Assembly (NCBI GenBank): GCA_049976425.1
Contig: JBMFIG010000001.1
Span: 1-32,000, forward strand
DNA from: Thermoproteus sp.
GTDB taxonomy: Archaea; Thermoproteota; Thermoprotei; Thermoproteales; Thermoproteaceae
Reading direction: 5' to 3'
DNA length: 32,000 nucleotides
Below, piece after piece: positions 1-7,088 of the stretch (position 1 is its first letter; each line of letters starts with the position of its first letter). Under the pieces are notes generated by a model. It was given only the letters and a program-made list of their open reading frames with translations. It was not told the origin of the DNA and did no database searches. A program made the translations under genes and the position numbers.

Positions 1-65
1 CCCTACGGGTCTGGAGCCACGGCGGCGTTCACCTCCGCCGCTCTGCCTTGCTGAGCTACGGGCCC
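1..65 (-). tRNA. tRNA-Trp (anticodon CCA), 5' part only; the 3' end runs off the left window edge; carries a ~17-nt non-canonical intron inside the anticodon stem
   Basis: Reverse complement of 1-65 = GGGCCCG TA GCTC AGCAAGGCA GAGC G GCGG[AGGTGAACGCCGCCGTG]G CTCCAGA CCCGT AGGG. This gives an acceptor strand and a 4-bp D stem (GCTC/GAGC) with a GG-containing loop. Deleting the bracketed 17 nt restores a 5-bp anticodon stem (GCGGG/CCCGU, one G-U) around loop CUCCAGA. Intronic CCGCC can pair with exonic GGCGG, as expected for a bulge-helix-bulge splice substrate. The T arm and 3' acceptor strand are outside the window, so the cloverleaf cannot be closed. Confidence 0.6.
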
Positions 66-83
66 TTTACGTATATTGTTAGT

Positions 84-97
84 AGTTTTTAAGCTTT
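84..97 (-). promoter_or_regulatory. TATA-like box upstream of the tRNA
   Basis: The minus strand reads AAGCTTAAAAACT, centred about 26 nt upstream of the tRNA 5' end at position 65. Confidence 0.35.
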
Positions 98-521
98 TTC
101 CTCGCTTAACCCTCTCGAGGGGGGTCGATATAGGCGCAGACTGCTGAGGGTCGCGTCGAGGAGGCGCTGAGGGAGAGGGGCAAGAGGAGGGAGCACTTGG
201 TCGTGAAGGCTGTCGTGGAGGAGGGATGGGGATTGCAACGGAGAGTGAGGTGGGGTTCTACAAAGCCAGAGGCGGCGAGGCTACGTAAACATATGCGCGC
301 CGGGACTGAGGGCAGGCGGGAGGCGGACTATATACGTGCCGTCTTGCTGAAGGTTCTCGGAATAGAAACTGTTCAGAGAAAGAGAAAAGCCCAAGCAGAT
401 ACGCCTGGCGGGCGGTGCGCTCGAGGCCTTGACGAGGCTTGAGCCCGTCTGCAGGTCGTTGGCTTCTGCGGAGAGGCCCGCAACGGGAAGGCGGAGGATG
501 GACAGCTAGATGCTCGCGCCT

Positions 522-1415
522 TTATCGGCTGTCCTCGGCAGTCTGAACGGCGCATGCGTTGAGCCGTCCGACCAAGCCGGGGCCGTAATAGAGCACGCCC
601 GTCAAGACCTCCACGGCGTCCGCCAGCCTCATAACGGCCTTTACCTGCTTACAGCTCATGATGCCGCCGACGGCTATGATGGGCGTGTCCTTGCCGAGGT
701 AGGCCCTGGCCCTCTCGAGCATCTTCATCATGAGGGGGTAGAGCCAGAGGCCGCTTATCCCTCCTCTCCCGACCCCTATACGCCGGTCGTCTACCGGGAG
801 CGTGTTGGTGAGGACTAGGCCGTGTCCTCCCCTTCTGGCCAGGTCCAGATAGGCTCTGAGATCCGACGTGGGGCCTATCTTTATGAATATAGGCTTTCTA
901 GAGCTGAGGAGAGGCGCCGCTCTGTCCCAGGCTCCTTTGTAGGTGGGGCTGGAGAGGTTGACCTCTATCGCCCTCACGTTGTGTCCGTGCCTCTCGACGT
1001 AGCGTATCTGCGCCAGGAGCTCCTCCGCCGTGAAGCCGGCGATGCTGACGAAGATGGGATATTCCACCTCGGACACCCTGGCGAGCACGACGGGGAGCCC
1101 GGGGCTGGGGAGGCCCATCGCGTTCACCAAGGAGCGGGGCTTGAGCCTCGCGGTGAGCGGGGGCTTGTTGCCCTCTCTGCGCCTCGCGGTGGTGGAGCCG
1201 ACGACTATGAAGCCGGGGCAGAAGGCCGACAGCGCCCTCGTGTAGAGGCCTTCCTTGTCTAGGCCGGCCGCTATGCCCACGGGCCCGTTGATCTCGACGG
1301 GGCCCACGCGCCATCTGGCCTCAGCCCTGCAGGGGGGTAGGGGTATTGAGAAGAGGGCCTTGCCGAGCCTCCTGGTGATCTCCGACGGTATTAGCTCGAC
1401 CAGCCGGGCTAGCAC
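522..1415 (-). CDS. pyrD: dihydroorotate dehydrogenase, class-1-like catalytic subunit with Ser in the catalytic-base loop
   Basis: 297-aa ORF with DHOD TIM-barrel motifs GPVGIAAGLDK, NAMGLPSPG, EVNLSSPTY and IIAVGGI. The GTG start overlaps the pyrE stop (GTGCTAG). Confidence 0.9.
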   Translation of the reverse strand: MLARLVELIPSEITRRLGKALFSIPLPPCRAEARWRVGPVEINGPVGIAAGLDKEGLYTRALSAFCPGFIVVGSTTARRREGNKPPLTARLKPRSLVNAMGLPSPGLPVVLARVSEVEYPIFVSIAGFTAEELLAQIRYVERHGHNVRAIEVNLSSPTYKGAWDRAAPLLSSRKPIFIKIGPTSDLRAYLDLARRGGHGLVLTNTLPVDDRRIGVGRGGISGLWLYPLMMKMLERARAYLGKDTPIIAVGGIMSCKQVKAVMRLADAVEVLTGVLYYGPGLVGRLNACAVQTAEDSR

Positions 1416-1990
1416 TTGAACTTCTCTACATATTCGCGGACTTCGCGGTAGCGGGCCGGCCCTATGAGGTCCTTTATCTCTTCCAGGACATCGCCTATCT
1501 TGTAGGCCGCCCTCACCGGCGTCCCGGTCTCCCGCTCAACTCTCTGGGCGCCGCACTGCTGTCTGTCGAGGAACACCGCGGCGGCCACCACGTTGGCCCC
1601 CGCCTCCTTGAGCTTGTCGATGGCCTCGACGATGGACTCGCCGGTGGTTATGACGTCGTCGATCACCACGGCGCGCGCTCCCTGCCAGACAGCCCCCTCT
1701 ATCTCCCTCTTGGAGCCGTACCACTTCCTGCTCTCCCTGACGTAGGCTATCGGGCGGAACATGTTGAAGCCCAGTATGGACGCGTAGGGTATGCCGCCCG
1801 TGGCGATCCCCACTATTACGTCGAAGTCGATGTCCCTCAAGAGGTTGCCGTATTTGCCTATCACCCATCTCAACAGATCGGGGTGGGCGAGCACTTGTCT
1901 GAGGTCCACGTAGTAGGGGCTACGGATGCCGCTGGACAGCTGGAAGTCGCCGAACTTGATTATCTCGCGCTTTACGAATTCGTCCCACAC
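1409..1990 (-). CDS. pyrE: orotate phosphoribosyltransferase
   Basis: 193 aa. N-terminal FKFGDFQLSSGIRSPYYVDLR and PRPP-binding motif VVIDDVITTGES. Overlaps and is co-oriented with pyrD. Confidence 0.9.
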   Translation of the reverse strand: MWDEFVKREIIKFGDFQLSSGIRSPYYVDLRQVLAHPDLLRWVIGKYGNLLRDIDFDVIVGIATGGIPYASILGFNMFRPIAYVRESRKWYGSKREIEGAVWQGARAVVIDDVITTGESIVEAIDKLKEAGANVVAAAVFLDRQQCGAQRVERETGTPVRAAYKIGDVLEEIKDLIGPARYREVREYVEKFKC

Positions 1991-2019
1991 GTCGACCTAT
2001 AGGATCGCGTTAAAAAACT

Positions 2020-2586
2020 ATGTTGGTTAACCAACGTAGGGACGAGATGTCTTGCTCGAGCTCTGAGCCCCATGCCTTGGGAGCCGGCTATAGAAGCCTT
2101 CGCGGCCAATTTTTTAAACAAGCGCGCGGGCGGAAATATGGCTGGCCCCAGAGACCCCGGAATAGGCGTCCGCCTCATGTAGTCGCATCTCACCTATTTC
2201 TAACCGATGGCGGGAAGATCCTCTTCCTAAAACGTAGGAATACGGGCTACTTCGACGGCTTTTACAGCGTGCCGGCTGGCCACGTGGAGGAGGGAGAGAC
2301 GGCCGCGCAGGCGATGATCCGCGAGGCGAGGGAGGAGTTGGGGATCACGCTGAGGGCTTTGGAGTTCGCCTACGTCATGCATAGGTTCGAAGGCCACTAC
2401 CGCGTCGACTTCTTCTTCAAGGCTCTGGACTACGAGGGGGTCCCAGTGAACGCAGAGCCCGAGAAGGCGGAGCACCTAGCGTATTTTAGGCCGGACTCTC
2501 TGCCAGATAACGTGGTCCCCTACGTCAGAAAGGCCGTGATCGAGCACTTCCTATATGGCAAGACATACGGCGAGTTTTTCCTATAA
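2020..2586 (+). CDS. Nudix hydrolase (start uncertain: ATG 2020 or ATG 2047)
   Basis: Nudix box GHVEEGETAAQAMIREAREELGI (GX5EX7REUXEEXGU). The TATA-like TTAAAAAAC at 2009-2018 sits ~30 nt upstream of ATG 2047, favouring that start. The ~45-aa basic N-terminal extension is atypical. Confidence 0.85.
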   Translation: MLVNQRRDEMSCSSSEPHALGAGYRSLRGQFFKQARGRKYGWPQRPRNRRPPHVVASHLFLTDGGKILFLKRRNTGYFDGFYSVPAGHVEEGETAAQAMIREAREELGITLRALEFAYVMHRFEGHYRVDFFFKALDYEGVPVNAEPEKAEHLAYFRPDSLPDNVVPYVRKAVIEHFLYGKTYGEFFL

Positions 2587-3583
2587 CGTCCTCGTCGCCT
2601 ATCTGGCCCTAGTACAAGCCTCGTACGCCTCAGACGCCGTATATCTCGCGTATGTCTTGAACCCGATTAGATTCTTCGAGGTCTTCTTTTGGTACTACCT
2701 CTCGCTGGCCTTGTCGCGGATAGCCTACGGCTACCTTCTCGACGTGGTGAGCGGCGGCTACCTGCTCCGCGCCTCTCTGGCGATGCAGATAGCCGCGAGC
2801 GCGCTCACCGGCTTCTCCGACGACTACGTCGCCCTCTCCATCGGCCGCCTCTTGAGGGAGATCGCCACCAGCGCTATGATGGTCGGTGTGTTGGAGGGCT
2901 CTACGCACCCGCATTTCAGAAGGCTATACGGGCTGACAGAGCTGGCGATGGCGGCCGGCTTCCTCTCGGCATATATAATCCCAAGGCCGCTTGCGTATTC
3001 CATATACATAGCCCTCGCCGCGTTGTTCCTCCCGATCAAGACGCGTGGCGCACGCGCCGGCTTCAAGCCGACGATCTCCCGCAGAATCGTGCCGGTGGCG
3101 ATCTCGGAGTTCTTCCTCAACATGGGGCTGGCCCTCACCGTCCCGGTGGCCCTGAAGATCTCAGCGGGCGAGTCCTTGCTCCCTATCGCGCTGTCCGCCG
3201 CGGTGTTGATAAGGGCGCTCGCGCAACTCATCGCTAGAGTAGAACTAGGGGCTGGGGAAATCGCTGCGTTTAGGCTCGTCGAAGCCCTGCTTCTCTACTC
3301 GCTCTCGGCCCTCCGCGGGATCCACGCCCTCCTCGTTTATCTAGTCGTCAACATCATAGCCGGCGTATATAGGGCCTCCGTCGGGCTTATCATACGAAGA
3401 TCCGCGGAGAGAGGCGGAGACCTAGGGTTCCATTACTTCTTAAGAGATGTCGGTGCGTTTACCGGGACAGTGCTCGGCATATACGCTCCCGGTACTATAT
3501 TCGCCGCCATCGCGGCGGCCTATTCGCTGTCGGCATTGGTGCTGGTCGTCATTAAGCCGGGCCGCGCCGCCATCGCGCCTTAG
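2555..3583 (+). CDS. polytopic membrane protein, MFS-like transporter (substrate unknown; start uncertain)
   Basis: 342-aa ORF with about 12 hydrophobic helix-length segments split into two halves by a basic loop (KTRGARAGFKPTISRR). Overlaps the Nudix 3' end by 32 nt. Confidence 0.6.
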   Translation: MARHTASFSYNVLVAYLALVQASYASDAVYLAYVLNPIRFFEVFFWYYLSLALSRIAYGYLLDVVSGGYLLRASLAMQIAASALTGFSDDYVALSIGRLLREIATSAMMVGVLEGSTHPHFRRLYGLTELAMAAGFLSAYIIPRPLAYSIYIALAALFLPIKTRGARAGFKPTISRRIVPVAISEFFLNMGLALTVPVALKISAGESLLPIALSAAVLIRALAQLIARVELGAGEIAAFRLVEALLLYSLSALRGIHALLVYLVVNIIAGVYRASVGLIIRRSAERGGDLGFHYFLRDVGAFTGTVLGIYAPGTIFAAIAAAYSLSALVLVVIKPGRAAIAP

Positions 3584-3821
3584 CTGAGAACATAATTGAG
3601 CTGGCACGTGCCTCCGCGGCGCACCGCGTCGTTTATGCTTTGGAAGTATATAAGGAGGGGCAGAGGCCGTATTTCAACGAACTAACAACGTGGCGTTATG
3701 GCTACGTATAGAGGCGGGCAGACCTGGCACGTTCAGGCCATAGAATTGACCGCTCAGAAAACCGGCCAAATCCCTTTTCCGACATAAAATGGGTGATTTA
3801 CCGAGCCTCAAACCCGATACC

Positions 3822-5546
3822 CTAAAGGAGGCGGCCCGGCGCGGCGGTCCTCTTCCAGCCGGTCAGAGATACGCCGGTTATCTTGGTCCACATCTTGGGG
3901 TCTATCCTGAAGGACTGCTCTATCCTCTCCCTGTGGAAGTTGTTGTACGTGCAGAACGGTATGACCCTTCCATCGGGGGTGGCGTAGTGTATGTCGCAAC
4001 GCTGTATCCTCTCCACGTCGAAGTTCATCACGTCCATGAAGTGCATTATGCCCAGGCCCACTATGTTGAAGAAGAACTGGCCCAACGAGTCGTAGTCTTT
4101 CTTCACCAGGAAGTCCTGTATAAGTCCTCTTATCTTCCTGTGCTTGACTGTCCTCAAGAGCTTCATGGCCTTCGTCGCCGCCACGGCTTTCCAGACCGTC
4201 TTCCCCCTCTTGGCGGTTCTGTAGACGTCCCAGGCTATCCTCTCGAAGGCGTCGACGTCGACGAGCTTCGTGATCGGGTATATCCTCTTCTCGTCCTCAT
4301 CGTAGTATATGAACGTCGCGGCGCCGCACACGGGGTTCATGGAGAAGAGCGGCTTGGGCGAGTTGGTGAGCGCCTCCACCATCTTGGCCACGGCCACGGG
4401 CCAGTTGGTGGGCCTCCAGTCCCATCTGCTTATCAAGCCGCCGGTCTGCCTCTCTATCTCTATGATGGTGTCGGGTATGGTTATCCTGAACTTCCTCAGC
4501 TCCTCCTTGCTGTAGAGCCTCGCGCGGCCGGCGAACGACACCGGCTGTATGTTGATCCACCTGATGACGTCTCTGTTCTGTATGGCGAAGTCCAGTATCT
4601 TGCCTAGGTCCTTGTCGTTGTAGCCCTTGGCCAAGGTGACCACGGGGACTATGGATCTGTGGCCCAGCTTGCGGGCCACCTCGATCAGCCTGCGCCTGAC
4701 GGCCGCGTAGGCCTTGGGGTTGTACATGCGGTGCCTCACGACCCCTTCGTTGCCCTCGTCTATAGTGTCGAACTGGAGGTACAACGTGGAGAGGCCGGCG
4801 TCAAGCAAAGCCTTGTAGAACTCCGGCTCGTTGGCGAGCCTTATGCCGTTGGTGTTCACCTCTATGTGGGTGAAGCCGAGCTTCTTGGCCATTCTGACTA
4901 TCTCGGGCAGGTCGTCCCTCAAGGTGGGCTCGCCTCCGGAGAGCTGTAGGGCGTTGGGCGGCCAGGGCCTCTGCGCCCTCAGAGTCCTCAACATGTACTC
5001 TATCTGCTCCAGGGTGGGCTCGTAGACGTAGCCCGCGGCGCCGGCGTTGGCGAAGCACACGGGGCAGGCCATGTTGCATCTGTTCGTCACGTCTATTATG
5101 GCCAGCACGGTGTCCGATTTGTGGACCGGGCAGAGGCCGCAGCCCATCGGACAGGACCCCATCTCTGTGTAGAACTGGAGGTCTGTGTAGGGGTTGGCGA
5201 GCCCCTTGGCTATATACTCGGGCGTGTCCCACTGGAGGAAGTAGTAGTACATCTCCGCGTCGCCCCAATAGAGGTCCTCGAAGACGCCGTGCTCCGGGCA
5301 GACCTTCTTCAGCCATATGGCGCCGTTCTCCTCGTATACGGCCATGGGTATCCTCCTGTTGCAGACGGGGCACACCGACAGGGAGGTCTTCACGACCCTC
5401 ACGTGCTCCGGCAGGGCAAACTGCCTCTTGACGGCGTTCTGCCAGGCCTCGTTCAGCAGAGTGGACTTATACCTGCTGGGGAGGTTAAACTTGCTTAGGT
5501 CCACCAGCCTGGTGGGCCTCGCGAGCTCCAGCACTTGCTTGCTCAT
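3822..5546 (-). CDS. radical SAM enzyme with auxiliary Cys clusters; candidate tetraether lipid synthase (Tes/GDGT-MAS-like)
   Basis: 574 aa. CX3CX2C radical-SAM motif TNRCNMACPVC. Additional CPMGCGLCPVH motif, N-terminal CPVC...CPEH zinc-ribbon/rubredoxin-like pair, and C-terminal RCDIHY...PFCTYN. The radical-SAM call is firm. The Tes assignment is from memory of the family architecture. Confidence 0.85.
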   Translation of the reverse strand: MSKQVLELARPTRLVDLSKFNLPSRYKSTLLNEAWQNAVKRQFALPEHVRVVKTSLSVCPVCNRRIPMAVYEENGAIWLKKVCPEHGVFEDLYWGDAEMYYYFLQWDTPEYIAKGLANPYTDLQFYTEMGSCPMGCGLCPVHKSDTVLAIIDVTNRCNMACPVCFANAGAAGYVYEPTLEQIEYMLRTLRAQRPWPPNALQLSGGEPTLRDDLPEIVRMAKKLGFTHIEVNTNGIRLANEPEFYKALLDAGLSTLYLQFDTIDEGNEGVVRHRMYNPKAYAAVRRRLIEVARKLGHRSIVPVVTLAKGYNDKDLGKILDFAIQNRDVIRWINIQPVSFAGRARLYSKEELRKFRITIPDTIIEIERQTGGLISRWDWRPTNWPVAVAKMVEALTNSPKPLFSMNPVCGAATFIYYDEDEKRIYPITKLVDVDAFERIAWDVYRTAKRGKTVWKAVAATKAMKLLRTVKHRKIRGLIQDFLVKKDYDSLGQFFFNIVGLGIMHFMDVMNFDVERIQRCDIHYATPDGRVIPFCTYNNFHRERIEQSFRIDPKMWTKITGVSLTGWKRTAAPGRLL

Positions 5547-5565
5547 TGCGCCTGCCGGGTCTCCT

Positions 5566-5582
5566 GTTTAAAAATTTTTTAA
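5566..5582. promoter_or_regulatory. near-palindromic A/T box shared by divergent radical-SAM and trmB-like genes
   Basis: GTTTAAAAATTTTTTAA lies in the 54-nt intergenic region. Its centre is ~26 nt from the minus-strand start (5546) and ~30 nt from the plus-strand GTG (5601). Confidence 0.5.
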
Positions 5583-5600
5583 TAGAATTCCGTTAATACC

Positions 5601-6317
5601 GTGAATAAGGCCGTCCTCAAAGCTCTGGGGCTGGACGAGCGGGATCTGGCAATCTACGCGCTCTTGGTCGAGAAAGGCCCGCTCACAGCCAGGGAAATTG
5701 CCGAGAACGTCGGCGTGCCCTACACCAAGATATACCAGCACCTCGACGCGCTTGAGGGGCGGGGCTTCGTGGAGCGCATAGAGGGGCGCCCCGCCAGATA
5801 CGCCGCCAGGCCGCCTGCCGAGGTCTACAGAGGCTTGGTCTCCTACGCCTCGGCCGCCCTCAAGGCCTTAAAGGAGCACATGGACCTCCTGCAGACTCTC
5901 TACGAGAGCAGACACGGGAAGGCCTCGACCACCTTCATAGCCTTGATAAGAGGCGATAAGGTTATGGAGCTACTCGAGGAGGTCATAAGGTCCGGCGAGT
6001 CGGCTGTGTACGTGGCGTTGCCCTATCCGGAGCTCGCCGCGCCGAGGGTCATAGCCGCTATCGAGGAGGAGTCCAAGAGGATCGAGGTCAAGCTCCTCTT
6101 GACCAAGAGGCTCGCCAAGTACGTCTATCTGCCTCCCCGGGTCGACGTGAGGGCCCTGGAGGATATGTTCGGCGGAGGCGCTCTGGGGAACTCGGCCCTT
6201 CTGGCGGTGAGGCACGGCGAAGGCCTCCTCGGAATACACAGCAACGAGCGCTACCTCCTCGACATAGCCAAGACGTATTTCAACTATCTGTGGGACAGGG
6301 CCGAGCCGGTCGGGTAG
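5601..6317 (+). CDS. TrmB-family transcriptional regulator
   Basis: 238 aa. N-terminal wHTH typical of TrmB (LGLDERDLAIYALLVEKGPLTAREIAENVGVPYTKIYQHLDALEGRGFVERIEGRPARY) followed by a C-terminal effector-like domain. GTG start. Confidence 0.75.
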   Translation: MNKAVLKALGLDERDLAIYALLVEKGPLTAREIAENVGVPYTKIYQHLDALEGRGFVERIEGRPARYAARPPAEVYRGLVSYASAALKALKEHMDLLQTLYESRHGKASTTFIALIRGDKVMELLEEVIRSGESAVYVALPYPELAAPRVIAAIEEESKRIEVKLLLTKRLAKYVYLPPRVDVRALEDMFGGGALGNSALLAVRHGEGLLGIHSNERYLLDIAKTYFNYLWDRAEPVG

Positions 6318-6425
6318 GCCCCGGCGTCCGGCGAGGCCGCGAGGGTTATATACCTGGGCGTACCGACGTCCGTGATGACTAGAGGTGAGCCCTCTGAATA
6401 GATGAGGCGGGTCTGGAGCGCTGAT

Positions 6426-7088
6426 TTATAGGTATACGTACTCCATCCAGTCCAGTTGCGGAAGGGCGGACACCAGTCCGCTTATTATGCGCCGGTACAG
6501 GGTCTCCGTTTCGACGACCTTAGCCCTTGCCGACGTTGTGCTTCCGACCACCCTCACAAACGCTCTGTACCTCTCCCCGGAGACCCGGCGGGCTGTGATG
6601 GAGATCTCCTCCACTGCGGGGGGCAGAGGGAACGGGGGAGGCCTCTTGGCCACGTATTGAGGAGGTATGGGGCTGGCCCTCGCCATTATCTTGCCTATTC
6701 CCTGGGCCGGACGCCTCTGGCGGCCTCTACGGCCGACTACGTGTATCAGCGAGGGGCGAGATTTCAGCGCCAGCAGGTATAACAACGTGGTGTAGTCCAG
6801 CGCCTTGTGCAGAGCCTGTACCGACTCCAGCTTTATCTCCCTGGCGTCGATCTCCAACGAGAGCCTCCTACATCCATTCAATTCCCTTGATATAAACTCC
6901 ATCAAGTTCTCGTAGAGGGCGACCGCGTCGTACAACACGACGACCTTTCCGTAGTCGTTGAAGGCCAGGCCGTAGGGCTCTACTCTGGCCACGACGTAGT
7001 TGTCGCCCCTATAGACGCCCACCTCGCCGAGGTCCGAGACCACGAAAACGCCGCAGTTCTCCTGCATCGCCTCAATCCTTTCCCGCAA
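6426..7088 (-). CDS. hypothetical protein tightly linked to arcadin-4 (arcade-cluster associated). Two globular parts joined by an Arg/Pro-rich linker. Start is either TTG 7088 or ATG 7067
   Basis: 220-aa ORF co-oriented with arcadin-4. TTG 7088 overlaps the arcadin-4 stop (7072-7074) by 17 nt. The alternative ATG 7067 lies 4 nt after that stop. Linker reads GRRGRQRRPAQG...PIPPQYVAKRPPPFPLPP. I recognise no family. Confidence 0.6.
   Translation of the reverse strand: MRERIEAMQENCGVFVVSDLGEVGVYRGDNYVVARVEPYGLAFNDYGKVVVLYDAVALYENLMEFISRELNGCRRLSLEIDAREIKLESVQALHKALDYTTLLYLLALKSRPSLIHVVGRRGRQRRPAQGIGKIMARASPIPPQYVAKRPPPFPLPPAVEEISITARRVSGERYRAFVRVVGSTTSARAKVVETETLYRRIISGLVSALPQLDWMEYVYL

Noticed and set aside
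2110-2124. Strong TATA-like TTTTTTAAACAAGCG inside the annotated 5' part of the Nudix ORF, suggesting a shorter gene
   Set aside because: There is no in-frame ATG/GTG/TTG between this box and the conserved Nudix fold that would leave the domain intact. The out-of-frame ATG at 2139 gives only a 14-aa peptide. The upstream start (2047 or 2020) is therefore retained, with the N-terminal extension flagged as uncertain.
3584-3821. 238-nt intergenic region with a TATA-like GTATATAAGG (3646-3655), a 9-nt direct repeat CTGGCACGT (3601-3609 and 3724-3732), a CACGTG palindrome and a possible 29-aa ORF (ATG 3698)
   Set aside because: I could not build a convincing RNA fold or C/D or H/ACA box set. The ORF is too short and poorly spaced from the TATA box to support. 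The repeat could be chance. Worth a covariance-model scan, but unsupported from sequence alone.
3789-5571. Several long plus-strand ORFs (3789..4607 272 aa, 4659..4949, 4831..5025, 5121..5498, 5317..5571) opposite the radical-SAM gene
   Set aside because: They lie entirely antisense to or overlapping a 574-aa ORF with clear radical-SAM motifs. Their translations are low-complexity (V/L/G/P/H-rich) with no motifs. These are the typical shadow ORFs of GC-rich DNA.
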